Source: Candidatus Fermentibacterota bacterium
Lineage (GTDB): Bacteria; JAFGKV01
Direction of reading: 5' to 3'
NCBI GenBank assembly: GCA_016928395.1
Contig: JAFGKV010000225.1
Location: forward strand, 1-38,090
DNA: 38,090 nt
Made by a program: the position numbers and the translations under genes. How positions within the stretch are numbered: the first letter of the stretch is position 1; each line of letters starts with the position of its first letter. Below the pieces are notes generated by a model. It made no database searches and was not told the origin of the DNA. It worked only from the letters and a program-made list of their open reading frames with translations. Positions 17,400 through 26,701 of the stretch are shown here, one piece after another.

Positions 17400-18882
17400 G
17401 CCATTCCTTCAGCTTGTACTGCAGCCAACGAAGGGAGACGCCGAGGGAATAGGCCGCCTGGGTACGATTGCCGCCCGTACGCTCAAGCCTCGCCAGCACG
17501 GTGCGTCTGATCACGTCTTCCAGGGGTTGAGCCTCTGCCTTGTCCGAAGGAGGCGGTGGGGTCCGGCAGACGCCGAGCTCCAGATGCTCGTCGGCTATCC
17601 ACTCACCGTCGCTCACCAGAACTGCCCGCTGAATCACGTTACGAAGCTGCCTGACATTCCCCGGCCACCCATAGTTCAACAGAGATTCCCTAGCTTCCGG
17701 TGCCAGCTCCTTGAATGGCACACCGGCCTCACGGCAGAAACGGCGCACGTAGCTCATGGCGATGAGCAGCACATCGTCGCCCCGCTCCCTGAGCGGGGGC
17801 AGCGCGATGGTAAACACGTTAAGACGGTAGAACAGGTCTTCGCGAAACCTTCCGGCGCGGAGTTCCTCACCGATGTTCTTGTTGGTGGCCGCGATGACGC
17901 GCACGTCGACCCTTACAAGCCGGGAATCGCCCACCGGCCTGAACTCGCCTTCCTCAATGACGCGCAGTAGCTTGGTCTGAGTCACGGGGGCCATGTCGGC
18001 TACCTCATCCAGGAAGAACGTGCCGCCGTGGGCCATCTCAAAGAGGCCTTTCCGATCGGCCACGGCGCCGGTGAACGATCCTCGCTTGTGGCCGAACAGC
18101 TCGCTCTCCAGGAGTGTCTCGGTCAGCGAGCCGCAGAACTGCACCACAAAGGGGCCCACGCTTCGCGGCCCCTGGGAGTGGAGGCTTCGGGCCACCAGCT
18201 CCTTGCCGGTGCCACTCTCGCCGAGGATCAAAACCGGTGCGTGGGTGGGGAGCGCGGTCTCCATGAGCCGGAATACCTGACGCATGGCTGGGCTTTCTCC
18301 AATGAGACCTTCATCAGCGACCCGGTCGCGCAGGGAGCGGTTCTCGGCAGCCAGGCATTCCACCACTCGCGCCCCGTCCAGTGCCACGGCGCCAAGGGTC
18401 GCGAGGGCTTCGAGGAACTCCAAGGCATCCCGATCAACCGATGCTTCGGCGCCGCGCCAGTCAAGGTAGAGGGCTCCCAGAATTCGATCGCGGACTCTCA
18501 TGGGCACACACGCGACGGATCTGATACCGTGGAGTACCACACTTTCTGCCGAATCAAACCGTGGATCCGACGACGTGTCGATCGTGAGCACCGAGTTGCC
18601 CTGATCCAGGGCCAGAAGTACCGCGGATCCGGAAATGGCCAGCAGGCTGTGAGTCGCCTCCCTGTGGAACCCTCCCGCCGTTTCCACGCGAACAGCGCCC
18701 TCGGCGAATCCACCGGCCTCCGGCTCTTCACGAAGCACCGCAAAACCGCGCTCCGCCTCCAGCATGGTGCACGCCGTCTGGACGAGAGCGCGTAGTAGTT
18801 CGCCAGGATGGTGGATACCGGCCAGTTCCTTGGCCAGTGCCCGAAGTGCTTCATACTTCTCGCGATCGCTTCTCCTCTTCAT
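17392..18882 (-). CDS. GAF-domain sigma54-dependent (Fis-family) transcriptional activator
   Basis: N-terminal GAF (IRSVACVPM...LGALYLD), Walker A GESGTGKE, ESELFGH.RGSFTGA, FFLDEV, FREDLFYRLNV, WPGNVRQL, Fis HTH (GNRTQAAYSLGVS). Confidence 0.95.
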   Translation of the reverse strand: MKRRSDREKYEALRALAKELAGIHHPGELLRALVQTACTMLEAERGFAVLREEPEAGGFAEGAVRVETAGGFHREATHSLLAISGSAVLLALDQGNSVLTIDTSSDPRFDSAESVVLHGIRSVACVPMRVRDRILGALYLDWRGAEASVDRDALEFLEALATLGAVALDGARVVECLAAENRSLRDRVADEGLIGESPAMRQVFRLMETALPTHAPVLILGESGTGKELVARSLHSQGPRSVGPFVVQFCGSLTETLLESELFGHKRGSFTGAVADRKGLFEMAHGGTFFLDEVADMAPVTQTKLLRVIEEGEFRPVGDSRLVRVDVRVIAATNKNIGEELRAGRFREDLFYRLNVFTIALPPLRERGDDVLLIAMSYVRRFCREAGVPFKELAPEARESLLNYGWPGNVRQLRNVIQRAVLVSDGEWIADEHLELGVCRTPPPPSDKAEAQPLEDVIRRTVLARLERTGGNRTQAAYSLGVSLRWLQYKLKEWHG

Positions 18883-19904
18883 GGCACCACCTTGAACGCC
18901 GCTTCACGGGATCGGCCGCTGTTACCAAATGAATCGATGGTGTAGAGGGCCCAGTAGTATGTACCGACGCTCAAGGATGTACCCACCCGAGCCGAGTCGG
19001 TCAGCGCGGGGTAAAGCGGGCTTTCCCACGCCGTGGTCTGAACGCCGCTATCAATCCGGACCACGATGACCCGCAAGGCCGATGGATATGCCGGAACAGG
19101 GGGAACCCATTGAAGGAGGGGTGTTCTGCCTACTTCCTCCAGCCCCGTGGGTGATAGCAGCGTGGCGACCTCCCACACGACACGCACCAGGAGCTGTGTC
19201 TTCGGTGTTGACGTCGCCCCCTGCCCATCCATGGCCTGAAACAGAAACTCCTTGCCGACGAAATCCTCCGCATTGAACGGGAATCGGGTGGTCTCGTTCA
19301 GAATCGCGGAGAAGTTCCCCGGCACCGACCCCTGGTCCAATACCACCACGTCACTGCCGACGGTACACCACACGCTGTCGAGATCACCCATGCCATCGGG
19401 GTCATCGACTCGGGCGGTGAGGCTGATCCACTCCTCATACGAACCCGACGGCCACGTTTCCTCGTGGGCCGACGTCACGGATGCCTGAAAGATGACGGGC
19501 AGGGCGTTCAGGTAGAACTCGGCAGTGTTCCGCGAGGGGCCACTCGGAGGGACGACAAGGGTACAGGGAGCGAAAGCAGTTCCGGCCGTGACGACCACGA
19601 CCGACTCTGGCGGAAGGTAGAGCAGTGAGAAGGCGCCGCTGGAATCCGTGGAGTCGAGTATGCCGAAGCACGGTGCGGCCACCTGCACGCCCTCCAGGGG
19701 GCGATGGGGAGGAAACAGGCTCATCACGTGGCCGTACACGGGGGCGAATCTGCCCGACTGCGGGTCGAGAGGATTGTCGCGGGGGGCATCGCCCAGGCAG
19801 GAGCACATCGCGAGCATGATGAGCCACCACGGCCTCGGGATCCCCCGCTGTGGCCGCGGTACTCCGTACAGTGCTCCCTCTGTCGCTCTGAGAGTGTGGC
19901 CCAC
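18879..19904 (-). CDS. Probable lipoprotein with carboxypeptidase-regulatory-like and Ig-like domains (start uncertain, 19817-19904)
   Basis: Lipobox-like MLAMCSC followed by LGDAPRDNPLDP; PLEGVQV...TDSSGAF; VDDPDG..DLDSV; GTYYW. The stop overlaps the activator's ATG. The long N-terminal extension to 20309 looks non-coding. Confidence 0.75.
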   Translation of the reverse strand: MGHTLRATEGALYGVPRPQRGIPRPWWLIMLAMCSCLGDAPRDNPLDPQSGRFAPVYGHVMSLFPPHRPLEGVQVAAPCFGILDSTDSSGAFSLLYLPPESVVVVTAGTAFAPCTLVVPPSGPSRNTAEFYLNALPVIFQASVTSAHEETWPSGSYEEWISLTARVDDPDGMGDLDSVWCTVGSDVVVLDQGSVPGNFSAILNETTRFPFNAEDFVGKEFLFQAMDGQGATSTPKTQLLVRVVWEVATLLSPTGLEEVGRTPLLQWVPPVPAYPSALRVIVVRIDSGVQTTAWESPLYPALTDSARVGTSLSVGTYYWALYTIDSFGNSGRSREAAFKVVP

Positions 19905-20299
19905 TGCACTGCCCCGGTGCGTGCCTTGATGCAAGTGCCCGGCGTCTGCAATGCCGGGTGATGGTTGACACGAGAGAGAAACGCCCTGACGCGCGGGCGT
20001 CAACCCCCATCGCGGCGGTGGAGGTCGACGCACACCCAAAATCCGACGATCTCGGGCCGAGACCAAGCTGGTAGTCTGCAGCCGATGGCTGATAGATTCC
20101 TGCGCCGCGGGACCAGAGCTTGCCACTCGCGGATCGGTGAGACGATTCTTGGTGTTCTTCCCCTTGTTTGAGAGTCCGCCTTCAAAGGGCTGGAGGTGAA
20201 CCGCCCCAGGCTGTAGCCACGTCGCTCTGCGACGTGTCGCCCGGCGCAGAGCTTGGTCCAGCACCGCTGGATGCAGAGCGCCGGGGCTACAACTCGGCG

Positions 20300-20370
20300 T
20301 ACTCTCCACCTCGAAAACTGAGTGCGCCCGCGCCCTCAGAGGCCCGACTGAACCCTGGATCCTGAAACCT
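20300..20370 (+). repeat. Dispersed ~70-bp repeat, copy 2
   Basis: Aligns by eye with 13750-13825 and 37763-37845. Confidence 0.75.
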
Positions 20371-20392
20371 TGTCTGAGAAGGAGACTGGCGC

Positions 20393-21106
20393 GTGGATGA
20401 TTGGACGCAACGTGATGTGCTGCTCATATTCGACCTCGACGGTACGCTCTTCCAGAGTGAGACCGTCACGGTACCCGCGGTGCGTCAATCCTTCCATGGC
20501 ATTGGCCTGGCTGCCCCGCCGGACACTGCCATTCATGACTTCTTCGGTCGTCCCCATGCTGATTTTCAGGTATGGCTCCGTTCCCTCATACCCTCCGCAC
20601 AGGCAGATACGCTCCTCGCATCGGTCGACCGCCGCGAACTCGAACTCGTGGGTTTAGAGGGGAGGCTCTACCCGGGAGTGCCGGAGATGCTCCTCACCCT
20701 GCGCGCCCGCGTGAACCGAATGGCCATCTGCACCAATGGAGAGCGTGAGTACGTGAATCGCGTCGTCGAAGCGCAGGATCTTGGGCGTTACTTCGATGTG
20801 CTCCGTCACCGTCAAACCGATACCGACACCAAGACCACCATGGTCAAGGAGCTGCTGGCCCGGTTCCGGCCTGAGGCCGCCGTCATGATCGGCGATCGGT
20901 GGGACGATGTGGCGTCGGCTCGCGGCAACGCGATTCTGTCGGTAGGCGCCGGCTACGGCTACGGGGGGACGAAGGAGCTGTTGGAGACTGACGCAATAGT
21001 CGAAACTCCCCACCAGTTGCCCGAGGTGATCGACCGGCTGCTCGGAGGTTCGGCATGGTCCACTACACAGGTATCTACGTCGCACAGGAAGGGAGTGAAT
21101 GGATGA
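20393..21106 (+). CDS. HAD-family hydrolase (phosphatase-like)
   Basis: IFDLDGTL motif I, AICTNG motif II, MIGDRWDD motif IV; AAGGAG RBS. Confidence 0.92.
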   Translation: MDDWTQRDVLLIFDLDGTLFQSETVTVPAVRQSFHGIGLAAPPDTAIHDFFGRPHADFQVWLRSLIPSAQADTLLASVDRRELELVGLEGRLYPGVPEMLLTLRARVNRMAICTNGEREYVNRVVEAQDLGRYFDVLRHRQTDTDTKTTMVKELLARFRPEAAVMIGDRWDDVASARGNAILSVGAGYGYGGTKELLETDAIVETPHQLPEVIDRLLGGSAWSTTQVSTSHRKGVNG

Positions 21107-21894
21107 GTTGTAGGATCTTCCAGGTTGATGCATTCACCCGCGAGCCGTTCAAAGGGAATCCCGCGGGCGTCTGTCTGCTCGATGGCCCGCGAGATGATGA
21201 GTTCCTTCAGAATGTCGCCCGCGAGATGAACCTGTCGGAAACCGCCTTCCCTTTGGTAGAGGGAGAAGGTTTCCATCTGCGGTGGTTCACGCCGGCGGTC
21301 GAGGTGGAGCTGTGCGGACACGCCACGCTGGCAACCTCCCATGTCCTGTGGGAGGAAGGAATTGCGCCCCTGGAGGCGCCCATCCGTTACATCACGAAGA
21401 GCGGCGAGCTTCGTGCGACGTCTCGAGGGGGCGTGATCGAGCTGGACTTCCCCGCAAAGCCAGAGCAGGCGGTGGAGGCTCCTGAGAGCCTGATTCGAGC
21501 CATGGGTGTCATGCCGCGCTATGTCGGCCGCAACCAGTTCGACTACCTGTTCCTGCTCGACGACGAGCAGGCCGTGCGCCATGTCGAACCTGACTTCCAC
21601 CTCCTCCGGGGTGCAGGGGCCCGGGGAATCATGGTGACGGCGCCCTCTGACACCCCGGATTTTGATTTCGTCTCGCGCTTCTTCGCCCCGGGTGTCGGCA
21701 TCGATGAAGACCCTGTCACCGGCTCAGCGCATTGCTGCCTCGGCCCCTTCTGGGCGGCCCGCCTCGGCAAGACTGAACTGCGCGCCTACCAGGCATCAGC
21801 CAGAGGTGGTGAGCTTCTCGTCAGGGTTGAGGGAAACCGCGTTATCCTCGCCGGCCATGCCGTGACCGTACTGCGAGGGGAGCTGGTGGTGTAA
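21103..21894 (+). CDS. PhzF-family isomerase/epimerase-like protein
   Basis: QVDAFT..FKGNPAGV, EMNLSETAF, EVELCGHATLA, EDPVTGSAHC. ATG 21103 overlaps the HAD stop (ATGA). Confidence 0.95.
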   Translation: MSCRIFQVDAFTREPFKGNPAGVCLLDGPRDDEFLQNVAREMNLSETAFPLVEGEGFHLRWFTPAVEVELCGHATLATSHVLWEEGIAPLEAPIRYITKSGELRATSRGGVIELDFPAKPEQAVEAPESLIRAMGVMPRYVGRNQFDYLFLLDDEQAVRHVEPDFHLLRGAGARGIMVTAPSDTPDFDFVSRFFAPGVGIDEDPVTGSAHCCLGPFWAARLGKTELRAYQASARGGELLVRVEGNRVILAGHAVTVLRGELVV

Positions 21895-21906
21895 GACGAG
21901 CGGGCG

Positions 21907-21990
21907 GCAGTAGCCAGTCGGCAGTCGGCAGTAGGCAGTCGGCAGTCCGGCAGTAGCCAGTAAGCAGTAGGCAGTCGGCAGTCGGCGGTC
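21907..21990 (+). repeat. Degenerate heptamer tandem repeat (GCAGTCG/GCAGTAG)
   Basis: About 11-12 imperfect units directly after the PhzF stop. Confidence 0.8.
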
Positions 21991-22107
21991 AGGCCAGCCC
22001 CGCAAGCAGTCAGAAGGAGTCCGAAAGAGCTCGCGCGGAACCACTGCCGCAGAGCAGAGGAGGCGAAGGAGCCCAGACGTCACGACGGGGTGTCTGCCGC
22101 TGCAGAC

Positions 22108-22143
22108 CTTCCCTCTCCTGGGGGAGAGGGTGAGGGTGAGGGC
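22108..22143. repeat. CCCTCTCC..GGGAGAGGG palindromic element
   Basis: ccttccctctcctgggggagagggtgagggtgaggg: a hairpin plus GGGTGAGGG tail. Confidence 0.6.
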
Positions 22144-22259
22144 GTGGTTCCGCACCATTGGATGCGGGGATCAGTCGCGATCTGAATGGGCCTTTCCCTT
22201 TGCTCTACGGCGGCCACACCAACTCCCACGGGCGAGCATACTTCACACCAGGAGGTTCC

Positions 22260-22727
22260 ATGGATCCGTGTGAACATGCAGTGGTGCTGTTTGATAGGGG
22301 ATTCAACTGCGCGGAGTCGGTGCTCAGCGCACTGTGCAGCGCGTCGGGTTGCGAAATCGAACACCTGCGCCGGCTGGCCACCCCCTTTGGTTCGGGCATC
22401 TCCAGGCGGGGAACGGTGTGCGGCTGTCTCTCGGGTGCCGCTATGGCCATCGGCCTGGTGGCGGGTCGTTCTGAGCCCTCTGACGTCGACGGGAAGGATC
22501 GTGCCTACGGCATGGTGGAGAGGCTCATGGAGCTGTTCGGTCGGCAGTTCGACAGCATCGAATGCCGCACTCTGACCGGCCTCGATTTTCACGACCCCGG
22601 GGCAGTAGAGCGCTTCAGAGCGGATGCCCGAGACCGCGTCTGCGTCCCCGCAATCCGGTTCACTGTGGAGCGCGCGCTCGAGGAGTTGCGGGGAGCCGGT
22701 GTCGCGCCGCGGAATCAGGTTGAGTAG
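22260..22727 (+). CDS. C-GCAxxG-C-C family (putative redox-active) protein
   Basis: GFNCAESV, ATPFGSG...VCGCLSGA, IECRTL and VC motifs; GGAGG RBS before ATG 22260. Confidence 0.88.
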   Translation: MDPCEHAVVLFDRGFNCAESVLSALCSASGCEIEHLRRLATPFGSGISRRGTVCGCLSGAAMAIGLVAGRSEPSDVDGKDRAYGMVERLMELFGRQFDSIECRTLTGLDFHDPGAVERFRADARDRVCVPAIRFTVERALEELRGAGVAPRNQVE

Positions 22728-22901
22728 ATGTCTCCGGGTCGTCGAGCGAGATTGTCGCTATCCCGGCGAAGACCCCGCCCATAAAGATCCTGGCCCTGGA
22801 ACGAGAGACGGCCGGCACTACGGCCGAGCGGTTCGTCCCGCACCTCAAGGCGGTTGCCCTTCGAGCGTGGGAGCTGCATCAGGCGGGTGTCATCCACGAA
22901 C

Positions 22902-23211
22902 AGCATCCCGTGCCGGTCATCGCGAGGACCCGCGACCGTCAGACGCGGGGACGTGGCGATCTCCTTCTTTGTCATCGCGAGAACCTGCGCCGCCAGGCGC
23001 GGGGACGTGGCGATCTCGGCAGGAGATTGCCGCGCTTCGCTCGCAATGACAGCATCCTGTGCCGGTCATCGCGAGAACCTGCGCCGTCAGGCGCGGGGAC
23101 GTGGCGATCTCCTTCTTTGTCATCGCGAGAACCTGCGCCGTCAGGCGCGGGGACGCGGCGATCTCCCCTGCGACCGGGATTGCTTCCTCCTCCGGCGGAC
23201 TCGCAATGACA
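22902..23211. repeat. Tandem composite of GTCATCGCGAG...GCGATCTC palindromic elements
   Basis: Two ~150-bp units (22902-23050 and 23051-23211), each with two forward copies and one inverted GATTGC...CTCGCAATGAC copy. Confidence 0.85.
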
Positions 23212-23450
23212 CGCGCACACCTACGGCATCCTTCATGGTATCAGCTATCGCTCGTCTGGCACTATTCTCATATCAGAATAGTGCCCCGGGCGACCAGAGC
23301 CGGTCACCCCTCAACCCAATGCCGTGCCCCTCGTAGGGGAGGACGACCCTCCCGCATCCAACGGTGCGGGACCAAGTGCCCTCCCGACCACATTGATCCT
23401 TGCTCCCTCGCTGCTCTTCCGCGAACTTGGCCTATGAGAAAGAGTGCGGT

Positions 23451-23479
23451 CTAGGGACGTAGATACAATGTCAAGTTAC
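23451..23479 (+). repeat. GGGACGT-family end motif, inverted partner of 37980-38008
   Basis: ctagggacgtagatacaatgtcaagttac versus the reverse complement of 37980-38008, ctagggacgttggtaaaatgtcgagttgc (24/29). Confidence 0.7.
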
Positions 23480-23805
23480 TTGATCGATCACCAGTTCCCA
23501 CAGGTCTCTCTGGATGGCCCGCCGAGGCCGGATCCGTCGATCAACCGAGGGCCGCTCGACGGACGTTGATTCCGCGGCGACCTCGTCCCCGCCGAAGCCT
23601 CCCTCGAATCCTGTGTGCCTTGAGAGCTGTTCCACACAACAGTCGTTGGGTGGGGTACTGATGGGCAGATCGCGAGCCGGAACTCATCTCGACACACGAT
23701 CTCGACCCTTCGGTCATTCGGCCATCTGGCAACCAGGTGCCGACACGAAAGGCGGGATCACCGCTCTGTCGGAATCGGGGGAGAAATCAGCCCGCGGGTG
23801 CGTGG

Positions 23806-24123
23806 CTATCCGGCATGTGCGGCAGCAGTGTGCGGCCCGCGCCATGGTCTGATCTTTTCAAGAGCCGGGGCCAGTGCCTCCTCGACAACCTCAGTTTCGT
23901 ACGCAGCCTGGGCGCGCAACCAGTAGCCTTTCGACAGACCAAAGAACCGGCACAGCCGCAGGTCGGTATCTGCGGTAATCGCCCGTCTACCGGCCACGAT
24001 CTCACTGATCCGCTGGGCGGGCACGCCGATCTCCTTCGCCAGACGGTACTGCGAGAGCCCCATCGGCACGAGAAACTCCTCGCGCAGCAGTTCGCCGGGC
24101 GTGACCGGGCTGAGTCTTGTCAT
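23806..24123 (-). CDS. higA: HigA-family antitoxin (HTH)
   Basis: PVTPGELLREEFLVPMGLSQYRLAKEIGVPAQRISEIVAGRRAITADTDLRLCRFFGLS..YWLRAQ; GAGGTGA RBS. Confidence 0.95.
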   Translation of the reverse strand: MTRLSPVTPGELLREEFLVPMGLSQYRLAKEIGVPAQRISEIVAGRRAITADTDLRLCRFFGLSKGYWLRAQAAYETEVVEEALAPALEKIRPWRGPHTAAAHAG

Positions 24124-24135
24124 AGCCAATTCACC

Positions 24136-24414
24136 TCAATGATAGTCAACGATCTCGACATCCTTCGCGCCTCCTCTCGACCAGCGAAAGCATACGCGAT
24201 ACTGGTCGTTCACGCGGATGCTGTGCTGCCCCGCACGATCACCCTTTAGTGCCTCCAGTCGATTGCCTGGCGGAACGCGAAGGTCATCCAGACACCCAGC
24301 AATCTGAAGTTGCCGCAGCTTCCGGCGGGCGACTGCTTCAATACTGACGAATCGCTTGACTCGCCTGCCTTCCGACAAAGCCTTGGTCTGTGCATCCTTG
24401 AATGATCGGATCAT
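24136..24414 (-). CDS. higB: HigB-family (RelE/ParE) toxin
   Basis: MIRSFKD...ARRKLRQL...DLRVPPGNRLEALKGDRAGQHSIRVNDQYRVCFRW...VEIVDYH; true start ATG 24414 (92 aa). Confidence 0.95.
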   Translation of the reverse strand: MIRSFKDAQTKALSEGRRVKRFVSIEAVARRKLRQLQIAGCLDDLRVPPGNRLEALKGDRAGQHSIRVNDQYRVCFRWSRGGAKDVEIVDYH

Positions 24415-24449
24415 GAGCACATAGTAACGCCACGCGTGATTAGTGTCAA
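24415..24449 (-). promoter_or_regulatory. sigma70 promoter of higBA (probably leaderless) with palindromic spacer
   Basis: Minus strand TTGACA (24449-24444), 17 bp containing CACGCGTG, TACTAT (24426-24421), 6 bp, ATG 24414. Confidence 0.8.
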
Positions 24450-24799
24450 GAAAGCCCGTTCCGGATTGCCATGACGGCATGCCGGCCGCACGCATGGATC
24501 GACTCACGGCTATCAGCTTTCGGCTGGTACGTCGGGCGCACCCCACCACGTACCACGTCCATTCCCTTCCAATCGGCCGAGGAGCTTCTTGCCCGTATCC
24601 CGGCTGAGCAGCCTGTCTCTCGCCGCACAGGTGGAAGGTCCTCAGCGATAGTGCGGAGAAGCGTTTCCCATTGACTACTGACTGCCGCGCGCGCCACATT
24701 CGCCCCTCACCCTCCAATGATGGACTCATTCCCGCGGTGTCCTCCCTGCGGTAGGGCGCACGCATTTCGGCATCGCGGGACAACGGGAAGGAGACTTCC

Positions 24800-26701
24800 A
24801 TGCGCGCGCGCTGTCTGGTACTCCTCGGTATGCTTTGCTGTCTTCTCGTCTTCTCGGCCTCTGCCGAGATCCCCCACCTCATCAACTATCAAGGCAAGGT
24901 AAGCGATTCGGGCGGAACCCCGGTGGCTGATGGCAGCTACTCCATGACCTTCTCGATCTACGATGTCGCCAGCGGTGGCACGTCGGCGTGGAGTAGTGGA
25001 GCGGTGAACGTCACCGTGAGCGGGGGTGTGTTCAGCGTGTTGCTGGGTGAGAGCCCGCAGCCTGCCCTGAGTCTGGATTTCTCCGCCGACTACTGGGTAG
25101 AGACCAGCATCGAGGGAGATCTGCAGAGTCCACGCGCCAGACTCGGTTCGGTGGGCTACGCCTACATGGCCAGCGGACTGGTGGCCGGCACCGAGATCGA
25201 AGGATCGGTGGATAGCGGGAACCTTGCGGTGATCAGCGGAACCAATACGTCGACGGAGAGCGCGGCGCGGGGCCTGTACGGCAGTGCTTCCGGTCCCACC
25301 GGAAGAGGCGTGGAAGGCTGGGCCACCTCCTCGACGGGCTACACGTTCGGGGGACGGTTCGAGAGCCAATCGGCGGATGGGCGAGGCGTGCTGGGCCATG
25401 CGTCGGCGACCACAGGCATGACCTACGGTGTACGGGGTACATGCAGTTCGACCGCCGGGACCGCGGTCTGCGGCAGAGCGCTGGCGACCGAGGGGACGAC
25501 GTATGGGGTATACGGAGAGACTGATTCAACCGACGGCTATGCCGGTTATTTCGCGGGCAAGGCACGGGTCACGGGAGACCTGACCGTTGATGGTTCTCTG
25601 AATGCCTCAGGGCTGGGCGACATCACGGCGGTGACCGCGGGGACGGGGCTGACCGGCGGGGGCACCAGCGGCGCGGTAACGCTGAACGTGGCAGTGCCCT
25701 TGTCGTTGAATGGGTCAAACGTCAACGCCATCGTGGCGGGGACGAACAGCGGTGCAGGGGCGGGGATCTCCGGAGTGCAGACCGCCACCACGGGCGAGCA
25801 CTATGGGGTCTATGGGCAATCGAACTCAGCGGCGGGATACGCGGGCTATTTCGCGGGCAATGCGCGGGTCACGGGGAACATGACGGTCGATGGCACCCTG
25901 AGCGCGCCTGGCGTGGGTGACATCACGGCAGTGACTGCCGGGACGGGACTCACCGGTGGAGGCACGAGCGGCGCGGTAACGCTGAACGTGGCAGTGCCCT
26001 TGTCGCTCACGGGATCGGTCAACGACGCCATTGTTGAGGGAAGCAATGCTTCGACGGGATCGGCATCCTATGGCCTTTTGGGGAGAAGTACCGCCGCATC
26101 AGGTGTGACCTGCGGGGTCTGTGGCACCAGCGCGTCGACCGTCGGCGTGGGCGTCTTCGGCGCAGCGACCGCCTCCACCGGCCCAACCTGGGGAGTGTAC
26201 GGTCGATCGTTCTCTCCTTCCGGCTACGGTGTGTACTACACAGGCGGTCTTGCGGGCACGGGCACCAAGAGCTGCGTAGTGAAGACGTCGCAGGGGCCGA
26301 CGCTCATGTACTGCCAGGAGAGCCCGGAGAACTGGTTCGAGGACTTCGGGGAGGGGCAACTCGTGGACGGGCACTGCCATGTCGAGCTGGATCCGCTGTT
26401 TCTGGAGACTGTGACGATCGATGCGGCGAATCCCATGAAGGTTTTTGTGCAGCTGGAAGATGAGGAGAGTGCGGGGCTCAAGATCCGCAGGGGCTTCACC
26501 GGCTTTGATGTTGAGCACGGCACGAGCAAGACTACCTTCTGGTACAGAGTAGTGGCCAAGCGTAGGGGTTTCGAACGGAAGCGGCTGGATTACTGCAAGG
26601 CCGCGGAGACTGACTCCTATCTCTATCCTGAGCTTCGGGAGAAAGAACTCCGTGACATGGAGGAGGAACTGGATCGAATAGATACCAAGGGAACCCACTA
26701 G
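24800..26701 (+). CDS. Secreted Gly/Ser/Thr-rich repeat (fibre/adhesin-like) protein
   Basis: Signal peptide, IPHLINYQG N-domain, many GVYG.S repeats, a duplicated ~100-aa unit with GDITAVTAGTGLTGGG, C-terminal ESPENWFEDFGEGQL...WYRVVAKRRG domain. Confidence 0.8.
   Translation: MRARCLVLLGMLCCLLVFSASAEIPHLINYQGKVSDSGGTPVADGSYSMTFSIYDVASGGTSAWSSGAVNVTVSGGVFSVLLGESPQPALSLDFSADYWVETSIEGDLQSPRARLGSVGYAYMASGLVAGTEIEGSVDSGNLAVISGTNTSTESAARGLYGSASGPTGRGVEGWATSSTGYTFGGRFESQSADGRGVLGHASATTGMTYGVRGTCSSTAGTAVCGRALATEGTTYGVYGETDSTDGYAGYFAGKARVTGDLTVDGSLNASGLGDITAVTAGTGLTGGGTSGAVTLNVAVPLSLNGSNVNAIVAGTNSGAGAGISGVQTATTGEHYGVYGQSNSAAGYAGYFAGNARVTGNMTVDGTLSAPGVGDITAVTAGTGLTGGGTSGAVTLNVAVPLSLTGSVNDAIVEGSNASTGSASYGLLGRSTAASGVTCGVCGTSASTVGVGVFGAATASTGPTWGVYGRSFSPSGYGVYYTGGLAGTGTKSCVVKTSQGPTLMYCQESPENWFEDFGEGQLVDGHCHVELDPLFLETVTIDAANPMKVFVQLEDEESAGLKIRRGFTGFDVEHGTSKTTFWYRVVAKRRGFERKRLDYCKAAETDSYLYPELREKELRDMEEELDRIDTKGTH

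Noticed and set aside
20144-20203. GATTCTTGG and GGNGGTGAACCG motifs shared with 13413-13445
   Set aside because: Short and in a different order; compatible with chance.
19905-20309. Long N-terminal extension of ORF 18879-20309
   Set aside because: Low-complexity Arg/Pro-rich translation upstream of a lipoprotein-like signal; probably non-coding.
22902-23211. Possible second CRISPR array
   Set aside because: The intervening sequences are themselves repeated and inverted copies are present, so there are no unique spacers.
23480-23700. Possible decayed RAYT C-terminal HTH on the minus strand
   Set aside because: Only a vague resemblance (GFGGDEVAAE); not supportable without a search.
24415-24885. 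N-terminal extension of HigB in the ORF track
   Set aside because: It overlaps the promoter and the divergent gene; HigB homology starts at 24414.
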